The notes beneath the pieces are model-generated. The model did not search any database and was not told the origin of the DNA. It saw only the letters and a list, made by a program, of their open reading frames with translations. A DNA stretch of 64,000 bases from Azolla caroliniana. Its lineage: Eukaryota; Plantae; Polypodiophyta. Of this stretch, positions 20,400 through 35,300 are shown piece after piece (position 1 is the first letter of the stretch; the number at the start of each line of letters is the position of its first letter). Location of the stretch: positions 1 to 64,000 of the forward strand of contig JBHGNT010000156.1 of assembly GCA_043228905.1 (NCBI GenBank), given 5' to 3'. The translations under genes were made by a program, and so were the position numbers.

Positions 20400-23300
20400 T
20401 GTTAGCTTCGATTCGCATGTTTGAACACAAAAATCCGATATGACACGAGCCAGGTATGAACATTTTAATTTACTCACGGGCTCCTCTCAACTCACTCCTC
20501 AAATTTGGTAATTTCGTCATGTCTCTCGACCTGAGTTTCAAAATCTTGATTTTTGAATTCCATATCATAGCTAGCGTTGTTAGCTTCGATTCGCATGTTT
20601 GAACACAAAAATCCGATATCACACGAGCCAGGTATGAACATTTTAATTTACTCAAGGGCTCCTCTTAACTCACTACTCATGTTTGCTAATTTCGTCATGT
20701 CTCTCGACCTGAATTTCAAAATCTTGATTTTTGAATTCCATATCATAGCTAGCGTTGTTAGCTTCGATTCGCATGTTTGAACACAAAAATCCGATATCAC
20801 ACGAGCCAGGTATGAACATTTTAATTTACTCAAGGGCTCTTCTCAACTCACTACTCATGTTTGCTAATTTCGTCATGTCTCTCGACCTGAGTTTCAAAAT
20901 CTTGATTTTTGAATTCCATATCATAGCTAGGGTTGTTAGCTTCGATTCGCATGTTTGGACACAAAAATCCGATATCACAGGAGCCAGGTATGAACATTTT
21001 AATTTACGCAAGGGCTGCTCTCAACTCACTCCTCAAATTTGGTAATTTCATCAGGTCTCTCGACCTGAGTTTCAAAATCTTGATTTTTTAATTCCATATC
21101 ATAGCTAGCGTTGTTAGCTTCGATTCGCATGTTTGAACACAAAAATCCGATATCACACGAGCCAGGTATGAACATTTTAATTTACTCAAGCGCTCCTCTC
21201 AACTCACTACTCATGTTTGCTAATTTCGTCATGTCTCTCGACCTGAGTTTCAAAATCTTGATTTTTGAATTCCATATCATAGCTAGCGTTGTTAGCTTCG
21301 ATTCGCATGTTTGAACACAAAAATCCGATATCACACGAGCCAGGTATGAACATTTTAATTTACTCAAGGGCTGCTCTCAACTCACTCCTCAAATTTTGTA
21401 ATTTCGTCATGTATCTCGACCTGAGTTTAAAAATCTTGATAAATTAATTCCATATCATAGCTAGCGTTGTTAGCTTCGATTCGCATGTTTGGACACAAAA
21501 ATCCGATATTACACGAGCCAGGTATGAACATTTTAATTTACTCAAGGGCTCCTCTCAACTCACTACTCATGTTTGGTAATTTCATCAGGTCTCTCGACCT
21601 GAGTTTCAAAATCTTGATTTATTAATTCCATATCATAGCTAGCGTTGGTAGCTTTGATTCGCATGTTTGAACACAAAAATCCGATATCACACGAGCCAGG
21701 TATGAACATTTTAATTTACTCAAGGGCTCCTCTCAACTCACTACTCATGTTTGCTAATTTCGTCATGTCTCTCGACCTGAGTTTCAAAATCTTGATTTTT
21801 GAATTCCATATCATAGCTAGCGTTGTTAGCTTCGATTCGCATGTTTGAACACAAAAATCCGATATCACACGAGCCAGGTATGAACATTTTAATTTACATA
21901 CGAGCTCTTCTCAACTCACTCCTCAAATTTGGTAATTTCGTCATGTCTCTCGACCTGAGTTTCAAAATCTTGATTTTTTAATTCCATATCATAGCTAGCG
22001 TTGTTAGCTTTGATTCGCATGTTTGAACACAAAAATCGGATATCACACGAGCTAGGTATGAACATTTTAATTTACTCAAGCGCTCCTCTCAACTCACTCC
22101 TCAAATTTGGTAATTTCGTCATGTGTCTCGACCTGAGTTTCAAAATCTTGAGTTTTTAATTCAATATCATAGCTAGCGTTGTTAGCTTCGATTCGCATGT
22201 TTGAACACAAAAATCCGATATGACACGAGCCAGGTATGAACATTTTAATTTACTCACGGGCTCCTCTCAACTCACTCCTCAAATTTGGTAATTTCGTCAT
22301 GTCTCTCGACCTGAGTTTCAAAATCTTGATTTTTGAATTCCATATCATAGCTAGCGTTGTTAGCTTCGATTCGCATGTTTGAACACAAAAATCCGATATC
22401 ACACGAGCCAGGTATGAACATTTTAATTTACTCAAGGGCTCCTCTCAACTCACTACTCATGTTTGCTAATTTCGTCATGTCTCTCGACCTGAATTTCAAA
22501 ATCTTGATTTTTGAATTCCATATCATAGCTAGCGTTGTTAGCTTCGATTCGCATGTTTGAACACAAAAATCCGATATCACACGAGCCAGGTATGAACATT
22601 TTAATTTACTCAAGGGCTCTTCTCAACTCACTACTCATGTTTGCTAATTTCGTCATGTCTCTCGACCTGAGTTTCAAAATCTTGATTTTTGAATTCCATA
22701 TCATAGCTAGGGTTGTTAGCTTCGATTCGCATGTTTGGACACAAAAATCCGATATCACAGGAGCCAGGTATGAACATTTTAATTTACGCAAGGGCTGCTC
22801 TCAACTCACTCCTCAAATTTGGTAATTTCATCAGGTCTCTCGACCTGAGTTTCAAAATCTTGATTTTTTAATTCCATATCATAGCTAGCGTTGTTAGCTT
22901 CGATTCGCATGTTTGAACACAAAAATCCGATATCACACGAGCCAGGTATGAACATTTTAATTTACTCAAGCGCTCCTCTCAACTCACTACTCATGTTTGC
23001 TAATTTCGTCATGTCTCTCGACCTGAGTTTCAAAATCTTGATTTTTGAATTCCATATCATAGCTAGCGTTGTTAGCTTCGATTCGCATGTTTGAACACAA
23101 AAATCCGATATCACACGAGCCAGGTATGAACATTTTAATTTACTCAAGGGCTCCTCTCAACTCACTACTCATGTTTGCTAATTTCGTCATGTCTCTTGAC
23201 CTGAATTTCAAAATCTTGATTTTTGAATTCCATATCATAGCTAGCGTTGTTAGCTTCGATTCGCATGTTTGAACACAAAAATCCGATATCACACGAGCCA

Positions 23301-26300
23301 GGTATGAACATTTTAATTTACTCAAGCGCTCCTCTCAACTCACTACTCATGTTTGCTAATTTCGTCATGTCTCTCGACCTGAGTTTCAAAATCTTGATTT
23401 TTGAATTCCATATCATAGCTAGCATTGTTAGCTTCGATTCGCATGTTTGAACACAAAAATCCGATATCACACGAGCCAGGTATGAACATTTTAATTTACT
23501 CAAGGGCTACTCTCAACTCACTCCTCAAATTTTGTAATTTCGTCATGTATCTCGACCTGAGTTTGAAAATCTTGATAAATTAATTCCATATCATAGCTAG
23601 CGTTGTTAGCTTCGATTCGCATGTTTGGACACAAAAATCCGATATAACACGAGCCAGGTATGAACATTTTAATTTACTCAAGGGCTCCTCTCAACTCACT
23701 ACTCATGTTTGGTAATTTCATCAGGTCTCTCGACCTGAGTTTCAAAATCTTGATTTATTAATTCCATATCATAGCTAGCGTTGGTAGCTTTGATTCGCAT
23801 GTTTGAACACAAAAATCCGATATCACACGAGCCAGGTATGAACATTTTAATTTACTCAAGGGTTCCTCTCAACTCACTCCTCAAATTTGGTAATTTCATC
23901 ATGTCTCTCGACCTGAGTTTAAAAATCTTGATTTATTAATTCCATATCATAGCTAGCGTTGTTAGCTTCGATTCGCATGTTTGAACACAAAAATCCGATA
24001 TCACACGAGCCAGGTAGGAACATTTTAATTTACTCAAGGGCTCCTCTCAACTCACTACTCATGTTTGCTAATTTCGTCATGTCTCTCGACCTGAGTTTCA
24101 AAATCTTGATTTTTGAATTCCATATCATAGCTAGCGTTGTTAGCTTCGATTCGCATGTTTGGACACAAAAATCCGATATCACAGGAGCCAGGTATGAACA
24201 TTTTAATTTACGCAAGGGCTGCTCTCAACTCACTCCTCAAATTTGGTAATTTCATCAGGTCTCTCGACCTGAGTTTCAAAATCTTGATTTTTTAATTCCA
24301 TATCATAGCTAGCGTTGTTAGCTTCGATTCGCATGTTTGAACACAAAAATCCGATATCACACGAGCCAGGTATGAACATTTTAATTTACTCAAGGGCTGC
24401 TCTCAACTCACTCCTCAAATTTTGTAATTTCGTCATGTATCTCGACCTGAGTTTAAAAATCTTGATAAATTAATTCCATATCATAGCTAGCGTTGTTAGC
24501 TTCGATTCGCATGTTTGGACACAAAAATCCGATATTACACGAGCCAGGTATGAACATTTTAATTTACTCAAGGGCTCCTCTCAACTCACTACTCATGTTT
24601 GGTAATTTCATCAGGTCTCTCGACCTGAGTTTCAAAATCTTGATTTATTAATTCCATATCATAGCTAGCGTTGGTAGCTTTGATTCGCATGTTTGAACAC
24701 AAAAATCCGATATCACACGAGCCAGATATGAACATTTTAATTTACTCAAGGGCTCCTCTCAACTCACTCCTCAAATTTGGTAATTTCGTCATGTGTCTCG
24801 ACCTGAGTTTCAAAATCGTGAGTTTTTAATTCAATATCATAGCTAGCGTTGTTAGCTTCGATTCGCATGTTTGAACACAAAAATCCGATATGACACGAGC
24901 CAGGTATGAACATTTTAATTTACTCACGGGCTCCTCTCAACTCACTCCTCAAATTTGGTAATTTCGTCATGTCTCTCGACCTGAGTTTCAAAATCTTGAT
25001 TTTTGAATTCCATATCATAGCTAGCGTTGTTAGCTTCGATTCGCATGTTTGAACACAAAAATCCGATATCACACGAGCCAGATATGAACATTTTAATTTA
25101 CTCAAGGGCTCCTCTCAACTCACTCCTCAAATTTGGTAATTTCATCATGTCTCTCGACCTGAGTTTCAAAATCTTGATTTATTAATTCCATATCATAGCT
25201 AGCGTTGTTAGCTTCGATTCGCATGTTTGAACACAAAAATCCGATATCACACGAGCCAGGTATGAACATTTTAATTTACTCAAGGGCTCCTCTCAACTCA
25301 CTACTCATGTTTGCTAATTTCGTCATGTCTCTCCACCTGAGTTTCAAAATCTTGATTTTTGAATTCCATATCGTAGCTAGCGTTGTTAGCTTCGATTCGC
25401 ATGTTTGAACACAAAAATCCGATATCACACGAGCCAGGTATGAACATTTTAATTTACTCAAGGGCTGCTCTCAACTCACTCCTCAAATTTTGTAATTTCG
25501 TCATGTATCTCGACCTGAGTTTAAAAATCTTGATAAATTAATTCCATATCATAGCTAGCGTTGTTAGCTTCGATTCGCATGTTTGGACACAAAAATCCGA
25601 TATTACACGAGCCAGGTATGAACATTTTAATTTACTCAAGGGCTCTTCTCAACTCACTACTCATGTTTGCTAATTTCGTCATGTCTCTCGACCTGAGTTT
25701 CAAAATCTTGATTTTTGAATTCCATATCATAGCTAGGGTTGTTAGCTTCGATTCGCATGTTTGGACACAAAAATCCGATATCACAGGAGCCAGGTATGAA
25801 CATTTTAATTTACGCAAGGGCTGCTCTCAACTCACTCCTCAAATTTGGTAATTTCATCAGGTCTCTCGACCTGAGTTTCAAAATCTTGATTTTTTAATTC
25901 CATATCATAGCTAGCGTTGTTAGCTTTGATTCGCATGTTTGAACACAAAAATCGGATATCACACGAGCTAGGTATGAACATTTTAATTTACTCAAGCGCT
26001 CCTCTCAACTCACTCCTCAAATTTGGTAATTTCGTCATGTGTCTCGACCTGAGTTTCAAAATCGTGAGTTTTTAATTCAATATCATAGCTAGCGTTGTTA
26101 GCTTCGATTTGCATGTTTGAACACAAAAATCCGATATGACACGAGCCAGGTATGAACATTTTAATTTACTCACGGGCTCCTCTCAACTCACTCCTCAAAT
26201 TTGGTAATTTCGTCATGTCTCTCGACCTGAGTTTCAAAATCTTGATTTTTGAATTCCATATCATAGCTAGCGTTGTTAGCTTCGATTCGCATGTTTGAAC

Positions 26301-29300
26301 ACAAAAATCCGATATCACACGAGCCAGATATGAACATTTTAATTTACTCAAGGGCTCCTCTCAACTCACTCCTCAAATTTGGTAATTTCATCATGTCTCT
26401 CGACCTGAGTTTCAAAATCTTGATTTATTAATTCCATATCATAGCTAGCGTTGTTAGCTTCGATTCGCATGTTTGAACACAAAAATCCGATATCACACGA
26501 GCCAGGTATGAACATTTTAATTTACTCAAGGGCTACTCTCAACTCACTCCTCAAATTTTGTAATTTCGTCATGTATCTCGACCTGAGTTTGAAAATCTTG
26601 ATAAATTAATTCCATATCATAGCTAGCGTTGTTAGCTTCGATTCGCATGTTTGGACACAAAAATCCGATATAACACGAGCCAGGTATGAACATTTTAATT
26701 TACTCAAGGGCTCCTCTCAACTCACTACTCATGTTTGGTAATTTCATCAGGTCTCTCGACCTGAGTTTCAAAATCTTGATTTATTAATTCCATATCATAG
26801 CTAGCGTTGGTAGCTTTGATTCGCATGTTTGAACACAAAAATCCGATATCACACGAGCCAGGTATGAACATTTTAATTTACTCAAGGGTTCCTCTCAACT
26901 CACTCCTCAAATTTGGTAATTTCATCATGTCTCTCGACCTGAGTTTAAAAATCTTGATTTATTAATTCCATATCATAGCTAGCGTTGTTAGCTTCGATTC
27001 GCATGTTTGAACACAAAAATCCGATATCACACGAGCCAGGTAGGAACATTTTAATTTACTCAAGGGCTCCTCTCAACTCACTACTCATGTTTGCTAATTT
27101 CGTCATGTCTCTCGACCTGAGTTTCAAAATCTTGATTTTTGAATTCCATATCATAGCTAGCGTTGTTAGCTTCGATTCGCATGTTTGAACACAAAAATCC
27201 GATATGACACGAGCCAGGTATGAACATTTTAATTTACTCACGGGCTCCTCTCAACTCACTCCTCAAATTTGGTAATTTCGTCATGTCTCTCGACCTGAGT
27301 TTCAAAATCTTGATTTTTGAATTCCATATCATAGCTAGCGTTGTTAGCTTCGATTCGCATGTTTGAACACAAAAATCCGATATCACACGAGCCAGGTATG
27401 AACATTTTAATTTACTCAAGGGCTCCTCTCAACTCACTACTCATGTTTGCTAATTTCGTCATGTCTCTCGACCTGAATTTCAAAATCTTGATTTTTGAAT
27501 TCCATATCATAGCTAGCGTTGTTAGCTTCGATTCGCATGTTTGAACACAAAAATCCGATATCACACGAGCCAGGTATGAACATTTTAATTTACTCAAGGG
27601 CTCTTCTCAACTCACTACTCATGTTTGCTAATTTCGTCATGTCTCTCGACCTGAGTTTCAAAATCTTGATTTTTTAATTCCATATCATAGCTAGGGTTGT
27701 TATCTTCGATTCGCATGTTTGGACACAAAAATCCGATATCACAGGAGCCAGGTATGAACATTTTAATTTACGCAAGGGCTGCTCTCAACTCACTCCTCAA
27801 ATTTGGTAATTTCATCAGGTCTCTCGACCTGAGTTTCAAAATCTTGATTTTTTAATTCCATATCATAGCTAGCGTTGTTAGCTTCGATTCGCATGTTTGA
27901 ACACAAAAATCCGATATCACACGAGCCAGGTATGAACATTTTAATTTACATACGAGCTCTTCTCAACTCACTCCTCAAATTTGGTAATTTCGTCATGTCT
28001 CTCGACCTGAGTTTCAAAATCTTGATTTTTTAATTCCATATCATAGCTAGCGTTGTTAGCTTTGATTCGCATGTTTGAACACAAAAATCGGATATCACAC
28101 GAGCTAGGTATGAACATTTTAATTTACTCAAGCGCTCCTCTCAACTCACTCCTCAAATTTGGTAATTTCGTCATGTGTCTCGACCTGAGTTTCAAAATCT
28201 TGAGTTTTTAATTCAATATCATAGCTAGCGTTGTTAGCTTCGATTCGCATGTTTGAACACAAAAATCCGATATCACACGAGCCAGGTATGAACATTTTAA
28301 TTTACTCACGGGCTCCTCTCAACTCACTCCTCAAATTTGGTAATTTCGTCATGTCTCTCGACCTGAGTTTCAAAATCTTGATTTTTGAATTCCATATCAT
28401 AGCTAGCGTTGTTAGCTTCGATTCGCATGTTTGAACACAAAAATCCGATATCACACGAGCCAGATATGAACATTTTAATTTACTCAAGGGCTCCTCTCAA
28501 CTCACTCCTCAAATTTGGTAATTTCATCATGTCTCTCGACCTGAGTTTCAAAATCTTGATTTATTAATTCCATATCATAGCTAGCGTTGGTAGCTTCGAT
28601 TCGCATGTTTGAACACAAAAATCCGATATCACACGAGCCAGGTATGAACATTTTAATTTACTCAAGGGCTCCTCTCAACTCACTACTCATGTTTGCTAAT
28701 TTCGTCATGTCTCTCCACCTGAGTTTCAAAATCTTGATTTTTGAATTCCATATCGTAGCTAGCGTTGTTAGCTTCGATTCGCATGTTTGAACACAAAAAT
28801 CCGATATCACACGAGCCAGGTATGAACATTTTAATTTACTCAAGGGCTGCTCTCAACTCACTCCTCAAATTTTGTAATTTCGTCATGTATCTCGACCTGA
28901 GTTTAAAAATCTTGATAAATTAATTCCATATCATAGCTAGCGTTGTTAGCTTCGATTCGCATGTTTGGACACAAAAATCCGATATTACACGAGCCAGGTA
29001 TGAACATTTTAATTTACTCAAGGGCTCTTCTCAACTCACTACTCATGTTTGCTAATTTCGTCATGTCTCTCGACCTGAGTTTCAAAATCTTGATTTTTGA
29101 ATTCCATATCATAGCTAGGGTTGTTAGCTTCGATTCGCATGTTTGGACACAAAAATCCGATATCACAGGAGCCAGGTATGAACATTTTAATTTACGCAAG
29201 GGCTGCTCTCAACTCACTCCTCAAATTTGGTAATTTCATCAGGTCTCTCGACCTGAGTTTCAAAATCTTGATTTTTTAATTCCATATCATAGCTAGCGTT

Positions 29301-32300
29301 GTTAGCTTCGATTCGCATGTTTGAACACAAAAATCCGATATCACACGAGCCAGGTATGAACATTTTAATTTACTCAAGCTCTCCTCTCAACTCACTACTC
29401 ATGTTTGCTAATTTCGTCATGTCTCTCGACCTGAGTTTCAAAATCTTGATTTTTGAATTCCATATCATAGCTAGCGTTGTTAGCTTCGATTCGCATGTTT
29501 GAACACAAAAATCCGATATCACACGAGCCAGGTATGAACATTTTAATTTACTCAAGGGCTGCTCTCAACTCACTCCTCAAATTTTGTAATTTCGTCATGT
29601 ATCTCGACCTGAGTTTAAAAATCTTGATAAATTAATTCCATATCATAGCTAGCGTTGTTAGCTTCGATTCGCATGTTTGGACACAAAAATCCGATATGAC
29701 ACGAGCCAGGTATGAACATTTTAATTTACTCAAGGGCTCCTCTCAACTCACTACTCATGTTTGGTAATTTCATCAGGTCTCTCGACCTGAGTTTCAAAAT
29801 CTTGATTTATTAATTCCATATCATAGCTAGCGTTGGTAGCTTTGATTCGCATGTTTGAACACAAAAATCCGATATCACACGAGCCAGGTATGAACATTTT
29901 AATTTACTCAAGGGCTCCTCTCAACTCACTACTCATGTTTGCTAATTTCGTCATGTCTCTCGACCTGAATTTCAAAATCTTGATTTTTGAATTCCATATC
30001 ATAGCTAGCGTTGTTAGCTTCGATTCGCATGTTTGAACACAAAAATCCGATATCACACGAGCCAGGTATGAACATTTTAATTTACTCAAGGGCTCTTCTC
30101 AACTCACTACTCATGTTTGCTAATTTCGTCATGTCTCTCGACCTGAGTTTCAAAATCTTGATTTTTGAATTCCATATCATAGCTAGGGTTGTTATCTTCG
30201 ATTCGCATGTTTGGACACAAAAATCCGATATCACAGGAGCCAGGTATGAACATTTTAATTTACGCAAGGGCTGCTCTCAACTCACTCCTCAAATTTGGTA
30301 ATTTCATCAGGTCTCTCGACCTGAGTTTGAAAATCTTGATTTTTTAATTCCATATCATAGCTAGCGTTGTTAGCTTCGATTCGCATGTTTGAACACAAAA
30401 ATCCGATATCACACGAGCCAGGTATGAACATTTTAATTTACATACGAGCTCTTCTCAACTCACTCCTCAAATTTGGTAATTTCGTCATGTCTCTCGACCT
30501 GAGTTTCAAAATCTTGATTTTTTAATTCCATATCATAGCTAGCGTTGTTAGCTTTGATTCGCATGTTTGAACACAAAAATCGGATATCACACGAGCTAGG
30601 TATGAACATTTTAATTTACTCAAGCGCTCCTCTCAACTCACTCCTCAAATTTGGTAATTTCGTCATGTGTCTCGACCTGAGTTTCAAAATCTTGAGTTTT
30701 TAATTCAATATCATAGCTAGCGTTGTTAGCTTCGATTCGCATGTTTGAACACAAAAATCCGATATCACACGAGCCAGGTATGAACATTTTAATTTACTCA
30801 CGGGCTCCTCTCAACTCACTCCTCAAATTTGGTAATTTCGTCATGTCTCTCGACCTGAGTTTCAAAATCTTGATTTTTGAATTCCATATCATAGCTAGCG
30901 TTGTTAGCTTCGATTCGCATGTTTGAACACAAAAATCCGATATCACACGAGCCAGATATGAACATTTTAATTTACTCAAGGGCTCCTCTCAACTCACTCC
31001 TCAAATTTGGTAATTTCATCATGTCTCTCGACCTGAGTTTCAAAATCTTGATTTATTAATTCCATATCATAGCTAGCGTTGTTAGCTTCGATTCGCATGT
31101 TTGAACACAAAAATCCGATATCACACGAGCCAGGTATGAACATTTTAATTTACTCAAGGGCTCCTCTCAACTCACTACTCATGTTTGCTAATTTCGTCAT
31201 GTCTCTCCACCTGAGTTTCAAAATCTTGATTTTTGAATTCCATATCGTAGCTAGCGTTGTTAGCTTCGATTCGCATGTTTGAACACAAAAATCCGATATC
31301 ACACGAGCCAGGTATGAACATTTTAATTTACTCAAGGGCTGCTCTCAACTCACTCCTCAAATTTTGTAATTTCGTCATGTATCTCGACCTGAGTTTAAAA
31401 ATCTTGATAAATTAATTCCATATCATAGCTAGCGTTGTTAGCTTCGATTCGCATGTTTGGACACAAAAATCCGATATTACACGAGCCAGGTATGAACATT
31501 TTAATTTACTCAAGGGCTCTTCTCAACTCACTACTCATGTTTGCTAATTTCGTCATGTCTCTCGACCTGAGTTTCAAAATCTTGATTTTTGAATTCCATA
31601 TCATAGCTAGGGTTGTTAGCTTCGATTCGCATGTTTGGACACAAAAATCCGATATCACAGGAGCCAGGTATGAACATTTTAATTTACGCAAGGGCTGCTC
31701 TCAACTCACTCCTCAAATTTGGTAATTTCATCAGGTCTCTCGACCTGAGTTTCAAAATCTTGATTTATTAATTCCATATCATAGCTAGCGTTGGTAGCTT
31801 TGATTCGCATGTTTGAACACAAAAATCCGATATCACACGAGCCAGGTATGAACATTTTAATTTACTCAAGGGCTCCTCTCAACTCACTACTCATGTTTGC
31901 TAATTTCGTCATGTCTCTCGACCTGAATTTCAAAATCTTGATTTTTGAATTCCATATCATAGCTAGCGTTGTTAGCTTCGATTCGCATGTTTGAACACAA
32001 AAATCCGATATCACACGAGCCAGGTATGAACATTTTAATTTACTCAAGGGCTCTTCTCAACTCACTACTCATGTTTGCTAATTTCGTCATGTCTCTCGAC
32101 CTGAGTTTCAAAATCTTGATTTTTGAATTCCATATCATAGCTAGGGTTGTTATCTTCGATTCGCATGTTTGGACACAAAAATCCGATATCACAGGAGCCA
32201 GGTATGAACATTTTAATTTACGCAAGGGCTGCTCTCAACTCACTCCTCAAATTTGGTAATTTCATCAGGTCTCTCGACCTGAGTTTGAAAATCTTGATTT

Positions 32301-35300
32301 TTTAATTCCATATCATAGCTAGCGTTGTTAGCTTCGATTCGCATGTTTGAACACAAAAATCCGATATCACACGAGCCAGGTATGAACATTTTAATTTACA
32401 TACGAGCTCTTCTCAACTCACTCCTCAAATTTGGTAATTTCGTCATGTCTCTCGACCTGAGTTTCAAAATCTTGATTTTTTAATTCCATATCATAGCTAG
32501 CGTTGTTAGCTTTGATTCGCATGTTTGAACACAAAAATCGGATATCACACGAGCTAGGTATGAACATTTTAATTTACTCAAGCGCTCCTCTCAACTCACT
32601 CCTCAAATTTGGTAATTTCGTCATGTGTCTCGACCTGAGTTTCAAAATCTTGAGTTTTTAATTCAATATCATAGCTAGCGTTGTTAGCTTCGATTCGCAT
32701 GTTTGAACACAAAAATCCGATATGACACGAGCCCGGTATGAACATTTTAATTTACTCACGGGCTCCTCTCAACTCACTCCTCAAATTTGGTAATTTCGTC
32801 ATGTCTCTCGACCTGAGTTTCAAAATCTTGATTTTTGAATTCCATATCATAGCTAGCGTTGTTAGCTTCGATTCGCATGTTTGAACACAAAAATCCGATA
32901 TCACACGAGCCAGGTATGAACATTTTAATTTACTCAAGGGCTCCTCTCAACTCACTACTCATGTTTGCTAATTTCGTCATGTCTCTCGACCTGAATTTCA
33001 AAATCTTGATTTTTGAATTCCATATCATAGCTAGCGTTGTTAGCTTCGATTCGCATGTTTGAACACAAAAATCCGATATTACACGAGCCAGGTATGAACA
33101 TTTTAATTTACTCAAGGGCTCTTCTCAACTCACTACTCATGTTTGCTAATTTCGTCATGTCTCTCGACCTGAGTTTGAAAATCTTGATTTTTGAATTCCA
33201 TATCATAGCTAGGGTTGTTAGCTTCGATTCGCATGTTTGGACACAAAAATCCGATATCACAGGAGCCAGGTATGAACATTTTAATTTACGCAAGGGCTGC
33301 TCTCAACTCACTCCTCAAATTTGGTAATTTCATCAGGTCTCTCGACCTGAGTTTCAAAATCTTGATTTTTTAATTCCATATCATAGCTAGCGTTGTTAGC
33401 TTCGATTCGCATGTTTGAACACAAAAATCCGATATCACACGAGCCAGGTATGAACATTTTAATTTACTCAAGCGCTCCTCTCAACTCACTACTCATGTTT
33501 GCTAATTTCGTCATGTCTCTCGACCTGAGTTTCAAAATCTTGATTTTTGAATTCCATATCATAGCTAGCGTTGTTAGCTTCGATTCGCATGTTTGAACAC
33601 AAAAATCCGATATCACACGAGCCAGGTATGAACATTTTAATTTACTCAAGCGCTCCTCTCAACTCACTACTCATGTTTGCTAATTTCGTCATGTCTCTCG
33701 ACCTGAGTTTCAAAATCTTGATTTTTGAATTCCATATCATAGCTAGCATTGTTAGCTTCGATTCGCATGTTTGAACACAAAAATCCGATATCACACGAGC
33801 CAGGTATGAACATTTTAATTTACTCAAGGGCTACTCTCAACTCACTCCTCAAATTTTGTAATTTCGTCATGTATCTCGACCTGAGTTTAAAAATCTTGAT
33901 AAATTAATTCCATATCATAGCTAGCGTTGTTAGCTTCGATTCGCATGTTTGGACACAAAAATCCGATATAACACGAGCCAGGTATGAACATTTTAATTTA
34001 CTCAAGGGCTCCTCTCAACTCACTACTCATGTTTGGTAATTTCATCAGGTCTCTCGACCTGAGTTTCAAAATCTTGATTTATTAATTCCATATCATAGCT
34101 AGCGTTGGTAGCTTTGATTCGCATGTTTGAACACAAAAATCCGATATCACACGAGCCAGGTATGAACATTTTAATTTACTCAAGGGTTCCTCTCAACTCA
34201 CTCCTCAAATTTGGTAATTTCATCATGTCTCTCGACCTGAGTTTAAAAATCTTGATTTATTAATTCCATATCATAGCTAGCGTTGTTAGCTTCGATTCGC
34301 ATGTTTGAACACAAAAATCCGATATCACACGAGCCAGGTAGGAACATTTTAATTTACTCAAGGGCTCCTCTCAACTCACTACTCATGTTTGCTAATTTCG
34401 TCATGTCTCTCGACCTGAGTTTCAAAATCTTGATTTTTGAATTCCATATCATAGCTAGCGTTGTTAGCTTCGATTCGCATGTTTGAACACAAAAATCCGA
34501 TATCACACGAGCCAGGTATGAACATTTTAATTTACATACGAGCTCTTCTCAACTCACTCCTCAAATTTGGTAATTTCGTCATGTCTCTCGACCTGAGTTT
34601 CAAAATCTTGATTTTTTAATTCCATATCATAGCTAGCGTTGTTAGCTTTGATTCGCATGTTTGAACACAAAAATCGGATATCACACGAGCTAGGTATGAA
34701 CATTTTAATTTACTCAAGCGCTCCTCTCAACTCACTCCTCAAATTTGGTAATTTCGTCATGTGTCTCGACCTGAGTTTCAAAATCGTGAGTTTTTAATTC
34801 AATATCATAGCTAGCGTTGTTAGCTTCGATTCGCATGTTTGAACACAAAAATCCGATATGACACGAGCCAGGTATGAACATTTTAATTTACTCACGGGCT
34901 CCTCTCAACTCACTCCTCAAATTTGGTAATTTCGTCATGTCTCTCGACCTGAGTTTCAAAATCTTGATTTTTGAATTCCATATCATAGCTAGCGTTGTTA
35001 GCTTCGATTCGCATGTTTGAACACAAAAATCCGATATCACACGAGCCAGGTATGAACATTTTAATTTACTCAAGGGCTCCTCTCAACTCACTACTCATGT
35101 TTGCTAATTTCGTCATGTCTCTCGACCTGAATTTCAAAATCTTGATTTTTGAATTCCATATCATAGCTAGCGTTGTTAGCTTCGATTCGCATGTTTGAAC
35201 ACAAAAATCCGATATCACACGAGCCAGGTATGAACATTTTAATTTACTCAAGGGCTCTTCTCAACTCACTACTCATGTTTGCTAATTTCGTCATGTCTCT